Below are positions 50,572-61,487 of a stretch of 64,000 bases of DNA, piece after piece. Both the position numbers and the translations under genes were made by a program. How positions within the stretch are numbered: the first letter of the stretch is position 1; each line of letters opens with the position of its first letter. The notes beneath the pieces were generated by a model. It was not told the origin of the DNA, searched no databases, and saw nothing but the letters and a program-made list of their open reading frames with translations. Origin of the DNA: Lama glama (lineage: Eukaryota); the NCBI GenBank assembly GCA_028534125.1, contig CM052817.1, forward strand, positions 34,970,001 to 35,034,000. Direction: 5' to 3'.

Positions 50572-52090
50572 AATGAACCTTTCAGTGAGTTGGCCAAATG
50601 GATTTTTTAAAGGGCAAACAGTAATGAAATATTGAAGTACTTGTTCCTGAAAATCATGGACATTGACACAAATTCTACCTCTGTCAACTTTTATTTAAAT
50701 CAATGAATATTTATGTAAAAAAATTGATCTAAAAGAACTATATCTATGTGTATATTTTCTTATATATGACAGAACAAAACATGTATTAATAGTGCTAACT
50801 GATGTTATATCTGTATTTTTATTACTCCTGACTTAAATTACTCCTCAAAGTGTGTTTTTACTGTGAATTAATATAATGTATTGTTCACATTATGCTTTAA
50901 TAATCTTTTTCTTAATGAGCCATGATATATGTATGTAAATACTCTTACAGTACTTGTTTTTAAAGTGTATTTAGTTTCCATGCCTGTGTTTATAACGCAT
51001 ATCTTTAACGCATTCACAAAGGTTGATCAACTTTTATGCTATGCTGTCATGTTTAGCTTTTTTCTTCTAAATGTAAAATTAATTATTCACCAATTTATTG
51101 TTTATCATTGAAGGGAATACATTCAGGTCTATTCTTATAATAGCAGACAGAGGTCTTGATAAAATGATGGTTACCATACATAATTTGTTATTGTCGACTA
51201 GAAGAACTGTGAGGGGAAAGATTCATTTATATTTTATATACCATATTATATTTTATAATCACATGGACTCTTCACATAATATCAAATCTATCAAAATCAA
51301 ACAAAAAGCTGTATTTAGAATTTTGTAAAACAATAGAACAGAAATTTGGGACATTCTTCAGTAAATAAAATTCCTCACTGTACTAATCTAAATTTGGGGT
51401 ACAAAGGTATATGGGGTAAATACATTTTGTTAAAATTCCAATATGCATTCAATAATACCCAATAATACTTCTAAACCTGTACGTTGTAATTTATCAGTCT
51501 TCCAGAATAGTATGGAAACACTGAACTGTGACATATTAACTAGAAAACAGGTTTTTACAATTAATTTTCAAAGTTATAACTTTAAAGAATTTAGGTATAT
51601 ACAAATACTAATAAAAAACCAGAAGTATAAAATAGATTGTCATATAAAAACTAATCGTGTTTAAACCATACACATTTGAAGAAAATCCTGTTCTTAATGG
51701 ATTTCATTATCATTAAAAAAAAAAAAGAACTTAAAAACTAACATAGGAAAGTGGAAGACCAGTTATTTACGATACACTTTATTTCCTCCTGTGGCTCACT
51801 GAAGTGGAGTTTGTGTGCTCGTGTATGTACATAGGGGTGGCCAGTGTCCATTTTCTAAAACTAGTATTTTTTTTATGTTTGGATTATGCCCTTTTCAGTA
51901 CCTAAGTGTACATTTGAATGTGATGTGGCATACTTTTGCACCATCTTTGTAATTTTATGTATTCCATCTCCTGTGTGTGAATATATATATTATAGCAAAG
52001 TACAAGAGAAATGGGGCTGTTGACAATGTTATATGGAAAATCCTTTAATAAATATATGTAAATAAAATAAATATTTGTCCCCACCTTTTC
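50572..52090 (+). other. CEP135: CEP135 terminal non-coding exon (3' UTR, exon 26)
   Basis: Very strong acceptor (ctttcctctctccccccttttcag at 50548-50571), then about 1.5 kb of AT-rich sequence with no recognisable repeat, ending in clustered AATAAA. The 3' end is approximate. Confidence 0.8.
52047..52071 (+). terminator. Cluster of polyadenylation signals (AATAAA x3)
   Basis: AATAAA at 52047, 52061 and 52066; further candidates at 51364 and 52295. Confidence 0.6.
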
Positions 52091-54003
52091 CCCCAAAGCA
52101 ACAGCAAGACATGTTAGATATTTTTAATGTTTTCTATAATTTAAAAATGTATAGCTTCCTTGATTGTTATTTTCACAACCATGATACTATATTTTTTAAT
52201 TAGTTTTATCTTAAAGTACTGAATATTTTGACCTCTTATAGATGTTTTTAATTTGTTTTAAATAATTTTAAATTATGGAGTCTGACAGATTTTCCAATAA
52301 ACTTTCCAGTTAATTTATTTTCTCTTTCTTACAAATAATTTTTTAATAATTTTAGCAATATTCATAATTCTAAAATTAAGTACAGTTTACTGAAATCAAA
52401 TTTTAGCATGGATAAATCTCTGAACTCAGGTGATATATGGAGAAATCTGTAAACTCAGATGTCTGGCACTTTTGTTTTTTTTTTTTTTTTTTTGCTGACT
52501 TTCAGTTATTTCCAGTTAGTTCCAAATACAAGAAATGAAGTCAAAGTTTATGTTTGAAATCCATTTACAAAACGGCTAAACAGACTTTGTATGTGTTTGT
52601 GTGTGTGTTTTTCTCTGTTTCCATTGAATATGCCACCTGCTACCTCACCTTGTTACAATTTATCACACATCTGAGCTCATACCCCTCCCTACAGTTCTTA
52701 GAAAATATAAGTACCTGACTTACTGACTTACTGCCATTACTTCTATCATCAGTCTTTTTATGTCAGTATCTTCATGGAGCAGGCTTGCATATTGGAGTTC
52801 CCTGAAAATTTTTAGTAAGAAACTGATTTCTGAAACCTTCATCAGTCCAAGTAAATAAGAATCTCTAGGAGTGAGGTGTTGGGCATTTTAAGAAAATTTC
52901 AGATTCTCTAGATGACTCTAATGTGCAGCCAGGATTTAAAATGCTAATTGAGAGACTGACCCACCAAACTGATTTCATGACCCGCTAATGGGACTCAACC
53001 TGTATTTGAGAACACCACTCAAGGTCTTGTCATTACCTCCAAAACTCAACTTCCAGCATCCTACTCACTCCTCATTCTAGGTCACTCTATTTATTATGCT
53101 GACAATTCTTTGACTCGACGATCTCTAGACAATTGATTCTATCACCTACCCTTCGTCTAAAAATCCATCACTTTCAGTTTCCTCTTTATCAAGCATAGAC
53201 ATCATTTCCTTGCATATACCTTAAATTCTCCCTTTCCTTGAACTGAAAACTCAAATCTTACTTGTATCCAATTACTGTAACTACTCTGCACCTGTACCTA
53301 AGAAGCTGAACATGGCAGGGAAAGAAATCAAAGATGCTGACTCTTTTGACTTGAAATGTGTGGCCCTGCAAATCAGGGGCCCACAACACCCTGTGAGAAT
53401 GCTTACACATTTTCCTGGTTAATTCACATGTAACCTCTACCCTGTAAGTATTTCACACCTTCTCTGTACTCAGACCTTCTATCCTCCCTCCTCACTCTCA
53501 GCCTGCTCCTTTTTTCACTGAGGAAATGGAAAGAATGAGAAAAGTTTCTCAGTCACCAAATCTCTTAACACATCTGTGTCCATAGAACTTCCTTCCCTCC
53601 TCGTATAGCATGATGGGTCTCTCCTCCATCTATTCCATCTAGTTGTGATCAGTATTCATTCCTTCTCCCATTCAAAAGACTCCTGCAGTTAACCTCACAT
53701 TCCAGTCATTTTTGCTCTGTAGGCTTGTTCCCACTTGCATACGTACCTCCCATTTCCACTTGCCCATTCTAAAACCCTCCTAAACCCTACCATTACGTTT
53801 TTTGTACCCTTCATACCAAAAATTCCTTGGAAAAGGGTTGAATATACTCAGTTCATCCCACCTTTCCATCTTGAACTATTCTAATCACGCTTTATTCCAA
53901 TTACTCCAGTCAAACCATTCTTTTCAAGGCCCCAACAACCCCCATGTGTTCTGTATTTCAATTATTACCTTTTTCTCACTTAATATTTCCACTTGGTGCT
54001 TTT

Positions 54004-54112
54004 GTTGTTGTTGAAGTATGTCAGTTTACAATGTGTCAATTTCTGGTGTACAGCACAGTGCTTCAGTCATACATGAATATACATACATTCTTTTTCATAT
54101 TCTTTTTCACCA
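54004..54112 (-). mobile_element. Short young L1 3' end with a 14-bp TSD
   Basis: ttgaagtatgtcagtttacaatgtgtcaatttctggtgtacagca; TSD cacttggtgctttt / cacttagtgctttt. Confidence 0.85.
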
Positions 54113-54460
54113 CACTTAGTGCTTTTTTGCTACTTTCTGTTGTTATTTAATACCGCTCCTATTTTTCTTTGTGGAAGGGTTGGGTGTAGATACAGCTTTA
54201 AAATCATGCATTGGGGCAGCTGGATCTATAAAAGGACTGATTAATGAACTTTATTTGAAACAAGACCCATCTATATATATGTATATAATTCAAAACATAG
54301 AAGGGGGAAATCACTACAAATACATCAGGTATCAAAATTTTTTAAATGAAGATGATTATATGCTAATATATAAAATGGATAAATTCCATGAAAATTTAAA
54401 ATGCTGAAATTTGGTACAAGAAATAATGCAGAACTCCACTAGAACATGTGTTAAAGAAAT

Positions 54461-57400
54461 TGAAAGACAGTCAAATGAAAGGGTCTGGGATTTTATTTTA
54501 CCTGAATTGCAAGCTAATGAGTTAACCTATTACTGTTTCCTAAATGCTGGCATAAAATAGAGACTATTGGATCAGAGATAAAGGTCTTTATTTTTCATGG
54601 CACAGCAAGCAGCATAGCATCATGTTTGCACTGGTTCGCTGTACCTCTCCAAACCCCACGGGACAATGTGGAGGGACCCAGGGGACCACTAAGCATGCAG
54701 AGGTTCGTGTCACAGCCTAAGAACACTGAGCTTAGTTACTCCATCTCTTTTATAGCAAGCAATTAGTGAGCCTGCCCTTTGTCCCAGAATGATACATTGC
54801 TTCATCCCTCGAGGTTGCTCACTGCAAACACAGTGCTGAGACAGGGCCCGAGTAAAGATCAGTCAGGGCCTTGTCTTTCCTGGCACACCCACAACAAGAA
54901 TATAGAGGGATTCCTCAGGGTCCATGGCAAATTGCCTCTCCCAGGGATGATCTACCCCTTAATCCTATACATTCTTGGCCAAACTTGAGTATGCCACTCC
55001 ACTGACCACCTGCTCAGCAGAGGCTGGGACAATGTGTTCATACAGCATAAATGAAGGTTACTCTCAATAAGATTACAAAGTAGAAGAAGGAGGCTAACCA
55101 GTAGTGCTGACCTCAATCAAGCCTCCCAGGATCCCAGACACAACCAACTGTAGTTGTCACGGGGAGCAGTGGGTGTTATCTTAGGCATCTAGGAGGTAGT
55201 CTAAAGTCAACCTGTTATTCATTATGACTCATGCAATTTAGACTGGCCTGCTAATCTCTGGTGTCATTGCCAGCAGGGCAATAGATGAGCAAAAAAGCCA
55301 CTCTCATCCACAGTGAAGAGTCTGTGACCATCTCTCTTCCACAGACAAACAGCACGAAGGTTACAAGTCACTCTAGTGTGGAGTATGTTGTTAAACTTGA
55401 TTTGGATCGTCATTACATTGGTTTGGTTGAGAAACCAGGGCTACGTCCCTGGGTAGCTGCAGCCTTGAGAGCTGTACATGGCAAAACCCAAGGCTGCTCA
55501 GCTGTCGGGAGAAGCACGGGAATTTGTATCAGTAAGATTTTAAAAAGTTTGTGCTGGTCTGTGTGTTTGTACATGTACGAGGCAGAGTCCACATCCAGGA
55601 GCGACCATCGAAGGCATTAAGCATAGAAAAATAAATGGTTCAAGAGTGGATGAGCTCTGTTTGCGTAGCACGTGGACAGGAATGACAGACACAGCAGCAG
55701 GTCAGACTGCCAGCCACTGCAGTTTCTTGATTCAGGCAGACCATATGATTTTTTGCCAGGCTGCAGTGTAGGCTCTTTGTAGGGGACAAAGAGAGCATTC
55801 ATTGCTATTAGTTTGGGCCCCGCTCAAAATATGCTGATTTGTGGGTTAGCTGATATAAAGGACCAAATAGAATGCCCAAGTGAGGCACATACTGTCTCCA
55901 GTTCCCCAAAAGTCCAACAAGAAGCCAAACCTCCTTTTTGGTCGGGGAGAGGAGGGAAAGGGAGCAGAGCTACAGCTCTTTTTTCTGGGGTTCCCGAGGA
56001 ACAGAGGGCTGTGAATCTGCCCATTTAATCCCAAGAAACTTCACTTGGAAAGCAAGCCTCTGAATTTTGTTGAGGTTTATCAGCCACCCTGCTTGGATAA
56101 GCATCTGACTAGCCAACCAGTTGGATATCATTTATAGGGTGAAAACTTTGAAATCAGAGGGTAAGGAAAGGCACACATGCCAAATCCTGGCTTACCCACT
56201 AGTGACAAATGGCAGTGGAGTTTGTCCCACTAACATGTCTACTTTCTGCTCTTGCCTGATTGGGGTAATCCTCTGTGACACTTACAGGATGGAAGCATAA
56301 CACTCAATTCCTAACACTTACTCAGATGTACAAGCAACAACAGCACACTGAGTTAGTCCTTAAGTTCGCACCCATAAAGTCAAATCAGCTTCTCTTCCCC
56401 ATTCAGGACCCTGCCCAAATCCCATCAGTTAAATTCGAGCATCATTGGACGAGGTAGGATGGCAACTTGGATGGCTATAATCCAAGGGAGCCATAGAAAT
56501 TTAAGTCCTCCCCTCCCTGAAGTTCCTAAGTATATTTGTGCAGAGTATGTATGGCCTTCAACCTTGACACAGTCATTTGGTTCCTTAAAGTATCAAGACT
56601 TTCCTGAGGTCAGGAAAGAGAAGAAGGCACAGAGGGAGAGAGCAGCTCCTACGTGTGGGTGAAGAATGTCACCTGCCACATCAGTAACAAAAGATGTTGC
56701 AGCCATCAAGCCATCAGCCACTGTAGCAGCCCCAGACTGTACACCCTGAGGGGATTCAGGATGAAACCAGGACACTGGCCCTGGAAAGCAGAAGTTCATA
56801 TCAAAGGAATGGTTTCAGTGGCCCAGATTCTTGCATCTTCCCATACATAGAAAAGCACCAAATTCATTAACTCAAGGTGTCTGTTTTTCTTTAATTAACA
56901 GTAATCTTTTGATGTTTTCACTACCTGGTTTTTGTTGCAGAAACTTGTATATATCCTGGCGCCTCCCTTGCCTCTTTGGGGCAGTCCCTCAGAGCTGAGA
57001 GGCTGTCTTTGGCACTTAAGTCTTCAGTTTTGTCCACCAAATAAAACAAAATTCTCAACTCCTAGGGGTTGTACTTTTCTTTCTTTTTTTTTTTTTCAGT
57101 TGACATCCCCAATAAGCAAAGCTTTGCACTGACTTCTGGTTTCAAGTGCCTGAACCAAAGTCCTGTGTCTTTACTGCTGACACTGTTTGTTTCAACAGCC
57201 ACAGTGGGTGGCCTTTTGACTGGGGCGGAGGGGCTTGCTGCCCCATCATCATGACGACATCTCATTCCTGTCCCACCTGAGGAGGAGAATACTGTTCAGA
57301 CAGCTTGTTTCAACCCCACCTCTCATTGCTTAGCCTCTAAGTATTTTCATTAACAGGTAGGACCGACTGGGACTGCTATGTCCTCCCCGCCACCCAATGC

Positions 57401-58005
57401 TTGGGTGAGAGAGCATGCTCGCTACTACCAGTTCCTGCACCAGCTCCACCTGTCCCCTAACTTCATCCCTTCTTCTCCAAGAGCCACATCTGTCATCACC
57501 TATCCTTGTCACCCAGATTGAAGAACTGTGAGTGTTCTGAGACTTTGCCCTGCTGGTCGCCTGGCATGGAGCCTGCCACAGCTTCATGAGTGCCAGCAGA
57601 AGACATGAGGCTTCTGGGTCAGGGACGAGGCTCGTTGTCACTGCACAGCAGGCGGTGTGAGTTTTACACCAGTTCATCGTGTTCCCAGATCCCACAGGGA
57701 GCACGCAAGAAGGCCTAGCTGGATACTGCACCTGCAGTGGGTTTATATCACAGCTGAGGAGCCAGAATTTAGGAAACCTCAGTCTCCTGTAAGGGGCTTC
57801 AAGCAAACCTGCCAACCTTTGCCCTGGAAGAAGGTCTCTTTCTTGGACAGAAAACAAAAGCTGCCCCCTGCTCTAGGGTGACACTATCTCTACCCTTCCA
57901 AGGCTATACAAAAATCCTTGAAAAGGTAGTCCAGAATGAAGACTGTCCATGCCTCTGCTAAAAAGACACAGAAATGAGAGCTCTATGGAGAGTTGTCCAC
58001 CAACA
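54461..58005 (-). mobile_element. Ancient, internally deleted class III endogenous retrovirus (ERVL/LTR40-like)
   Basis: Two related LTRs (57519-58005 and about 54461-54943). PBS-like tgggtgacaaggatagg (57499-57515). RT remnants AGWLINLNKIQRLAFQVKFLGIKW and PTKKEVWLLVGLLGNWRQYVPHLGILFGPLYQLTHK (about 55810-56110). PPT-like aaggggtaga near 54950-54960. Confidence 0.85.
56654..57105 (+). mobile_element. Younger solo LTR (ERV1-like) nested in the ERVL relic
   Basis: TG...CA ends (tgtgggtgaag...ttcagttgaca), TATA-like tatata at 56948, AATAAA at 57040, about 450 bp. Confidence 0.75.
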
Positions 58006-58611
58006 CTTGTAATGTTCATTGTTTTCTCTTGTGGTAAAATACACATAAAATTTACCAGTTAAACAATTTTTAAGTGTACAATTCAGTGGCATTAAATACA
58101 TTCCCAATGTTGTAGAACTGTCACCACTATCCATTTCCAGAATTGATTTTCTAGCATTTAATTTGGATTTTTCCTCTATACTCATAGGTGGCACTGGCCC
58201 TTAGTTATCTTTTGTAGGGAAACAGCATTGTCTAGCTTTGTTGTCATGGTCATCCTAGCTTCCTAGAATGGGTTGTAAAATCTCTTTTCCCATGCCCTGG
58301 AACTCTTGGCATTACATAGAAATTGTCTCCTTAATAGTTTGTTAGAGCTGACTTATGAAATCACCTGGGTAGGTGTATTTTTTAGAAGAAAATATTTGAC
58401 CACCTTCTCAGTTTCTTCTAGAAATATTGATCTATTCCAATTTTCTCTCCTTTCTCAACTTAGTTTTGGAAACTCAGTTTTTCTGGAATCCGTATCTTAA
58501 TTATTTCTCTTTTCTTGTGAAATATTTACTTTGTGTGTCTCCTCACTGAATGACCTTTTCCTAGGAATCAACTTTTAATTTTGCCTTTCAAATCTACTGT
58601 TTGATTTGTTT

Positions 58612-58737
58612 ATTTTTTTGGCAGGGAGTGGTAAATTTGGTTTGTTTGTTTGTTTGTTTTAATGGAGGTACTGGGGATTGAATAGGAGCTTGTGCATGCT
58701 AACCATGTGCTTTACCACTGACCTATACTCTCCCCCC
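58612..58737 (-). mobile_element. tRNA-Ala-derived SINE (Vic-1 type)
   Basis: aatggaggtactggggattgaa...tgcatgctaa...accactga; TSD gatttgttt at 58603-58611 and 58738-58746. Confidence 0.88.
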
Positions 58738-58937
58738 GATTTGTTTTCTGTTTCATTAACTTCTTCTTTCATTCTTTCCTTCTGCTTTCTTTGCTTTTAT
58801 TTGCTTTCATTCTTGAGTTATATATTCAGTTTACTTTTAATCTTTCTTAAATTTCCTCTAATAACTTTAGGCTATTTTGTCATTACTTTTTGTCATTACT
58901 TTCTAGATTCCAATTTCAGTTCTGGATTATTTAAACT

Positions 58938-59058
58938 GGGGTCACTATATAATTTATCATCCAAATTGGGATACTTTTGTGAGTGAAATGTACATATTGT
59001 CTGGATAATAGGTGTGAGCTGGGACTGTTTTGGATGAATCACAAAGTATGATCACCGT
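58938..59058. mobile_element. MER81-like hAT MITE
   Basis: gggtcactatataatttatcatccaaattgggatacttttgtgagtgaaa...gtatgatcacc, with inverted termini. Confidence 0.7.
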
Positions 59059-59289
59059 ATTTTTAACATGAGTTACTTTAAAGGAAGTTTAAAATTTTTC
59101 ACATAGGATTTTGTTACAAATTCCTAATTTATTGAATTTTAATCAAAGAATGTGGTGTGCATGGATTTTGTTGTTTGGAATTTATTGAGGTTTTTGGGGG
59201 GGTGCACTAAAACTTGGTAAATTTTTGTGACTGTTCCAAATGGTTTTGTACAGAATGCATATTTTCTGTTTGTTGGATACACATTTCTT

Positions 59290-59401
59290 TTTTGGGGGGG
59301 ATAATTGGGTTTATTTATTTTTAGAACAGCTACTGGGGATTGAACCCAGGACCTCTTGCATACTAAGGATGCAGTCTACCACCTGAGCTACACCCTCCCC
59401 C
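59290..59401 (-). mobile_element. tRNA-Ala-derived SINE (Vic-1 type)
   Basis: tactggggattgaacccaggacctc...tgagctacaccctcccc; TSD gatac(a/g)catttctt at 59276-59289 and 59403-59416. Confidence 0.9.
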
Positions 59402-59694
59402 AGATACGCATTTCTTGATATCTTTTAGGTCAAGCTTGTTAATTTTCTAAAAATTTATTTTTGCCTATGTGATATCAATTTCTAAGAAAAGTTAAAAAGT
59501 CTCCCACTATGAGAGCAGATTTATAACTGCTTTCACTTTTTGGCTTAAATAATTCAAATTTTCTATTGTTAGATACATAAATTTTCAAAACTGTTATTTT
59601 TGTTGTTGGTTTGTACCTTTTATTTTAGCATTTAGTACTCTTAACCTTGAAATCTCTTGTATCAGATATTAATATTGTTCCTTATGCTTTCTTC

Positions 59695-61215
59695 TCTTTT
59701 TTAACAGCTTTATTGAGATATAAATTATATATTTCCATAAAATTCACACATTTACATTGTATGATTTGATGATGTTTAGTATAGTCACAGGGTTGTGCAA
59801 CCATTACCACAATCAATTCTAGAACATCTCCATCATCCTAGAAAGAAACCCTACACCTATTAAGAGTTGATCTCCATTTTCCCTTCAACATCCCCAACCA
59901 TGCATCTACTACTGTCTCTATAAATTTACCTGTCTGGACATTTGATATAAGTGGAATCATACAGTGTGTGCTCTTTTGCGTTTGGCTTCTGTCATTTAGC
60001 ATAACACTTTCATGGTTCATCATGTTGTAGCATGTATCAGTACTTCATTTCTTTTATTGTTGAATGTTCCATTGTATGGATAATACCACCTTCATTTGAT
60101 CTATTAATTAGTTGATGGACATTTTGATCATTTCCACTTTTGGCCATTATAAGTAATGCTACTATAAACATTCAGGTACATGTTTTGTGTGGATATATGC
60201 TTTCACTTCTCTTGGGTGTGTATTTAGGAGTGGAATTTCTGGGTCATATGGTAACTCCGTATTTAATGTATTTAGGAACTGCCAGCTATTTCCCAAAGTG
60301 GCTGCACCATTTTACATCACCACCTGCAATGTGTGAGGGTTCCAATGTTTCTACATCCTCACCAACACTTGTTATTATCTATCTTCTTTTTAAATTATTT
60401 CTATCCTAGTGGGTGTAAAGTGGTATTTCACTGTGGTTTTGATTTGCATTTCCCTGATGCTTAATGGTGTTGAGCACCTTTTCATTTGCTTATTGGATAC
60501 TTGTATATCTTTGTTGGAGAAATGTCTATTGAGATCCTCTGCCCATTTTATTTTTTAATGTATTATTATTGAAGTATAGTCAGTTTACAATGCTTTGCCC
60601 ATTTTAAAAGTGTAATATTTCTCTTTTTACCTGTTGAACTGTACAAGGTCTTTACATACTCTGCATGCAGGTCCCTAATCAGATACATATATGATTTGCA
60701 AATACAGGTATCCCCCAATCTTCAAAAGCTTGCTTGATGCCATTCACTTTTACCAAAGTCCTACATTAGTACCTGTTTTTGCTAACTAAAAGAAATCCAA
60801 GAAGGATTTTTGCTTTTACCAAAAAAAAAAAAAAAAGGCAAAAAGCAAAAACAGTGTTCAGCATTGGTTTTGCAGCAAGCTGTTCTAGAAAAGGCACACA
60901 TCCCAAGCAGTGACAGTGGCAGTGCCAACTCCTTCTCTGAGAACCACACTCAGCATCTCAGCATCCAGCTGCCATAACTTTGAACTGTGTCAGTGAGCAT
61001 GTGTGCTTTATCTCAATTTATCTTGTGCATCTATTAGCAAGAAGTGTTCTAAGGTAATTGCTTCTTTGCTTTATACTATTTCACCTTATGAAAGTCTCAT
61101 AGGAATGCTCTACTTTCAGAATTCAGAGCCACCTGTATATTTTCCCATTCTGTGAGGTATATTTTCACTTCCTTGAGGATATTATTTGCAGTACAAAAGT
61201 TTTTAATTTTGATGT
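59695..61215 (-). mobile_element. L1MB 3' fragment with two nested insertions
   Basis: acagctttattgagatataa...gttttgatttgcatttccctgatg...aaaagtttttaattttgatg. Confidence 0.88.
60705..61135. mobile_element. TcMar/Tigger-type non-autonomous DNA transposon
   Basis: TA|caggt...acctg|TA; the L1 sequence tttgcaaata|tattttcccattctg resumes exactly across it. Confidence 0.8.
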
Positions 61216-61269
61216 GGCAGACATGGTGGGATATAGACCCTTGAGGCTTTGGAAGTCCAGGGTCTAACT

Positions 61270-61487
61270 CAGGGTTTCTCAGCCTTGGCAATACTGACAT
61301 TTTAGACGAGATAATTCTTGGCTGTGGGATGCATTGTTCTGTGCATTGTAGGATGTTTAGCAGCATCTCTGGCCTCTACCCACTAGATGCCAGTAGTAGC
61401 ACCTACCAACCAGCTGTGACAATCAAAAATGTCTCCAGACGCTGCCAAATGTCTCCTAGAGGAAAAATTATCCACACTTGAGTACTG
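61270..61487 (-). mobile_element. MER20 hAT element
   Basis: cagggtttctcagccttggcaatactgacattt...gtgcattgtaggatgtttagcagcatctctggcctctacccactagatgccag. Confidence 0.9.

Larger units (their letters stand above)
4115..52090 (+). other. CEP135: CEP135 gene, 3' part (exons 7-26 by human numbering); the 5' exons lie upstream of the window
   Basis: 19 GT-AG exons join into one frame of 906 codons + stop. Peptides such as IELREREIERLSVALEGGRSPD, RDKSPSRLDTFLKGIEEERD and ERAIQEMRRHGL match my recollection of CEP135. The 3' end is approximate (poly(A) signals at 52047-52071). Confidence 0.96.

Noticed and set aside
57330..57857. 175-aa minus-strand ORF
   Set aside because: It lies across the ERVL LTR and leader, starts at a non-ATG codon and has no gag- or pol-like motif; a chance ORF.
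5743..59401. Several tRNA-Ala(AGC)-like sequences as real tRNA genes
   Set aside because: All have A-rich tails, most have TSDs, their acceptor stems are imperfect and they lack an adjacent oligo-T terminator. They are SINE copies.
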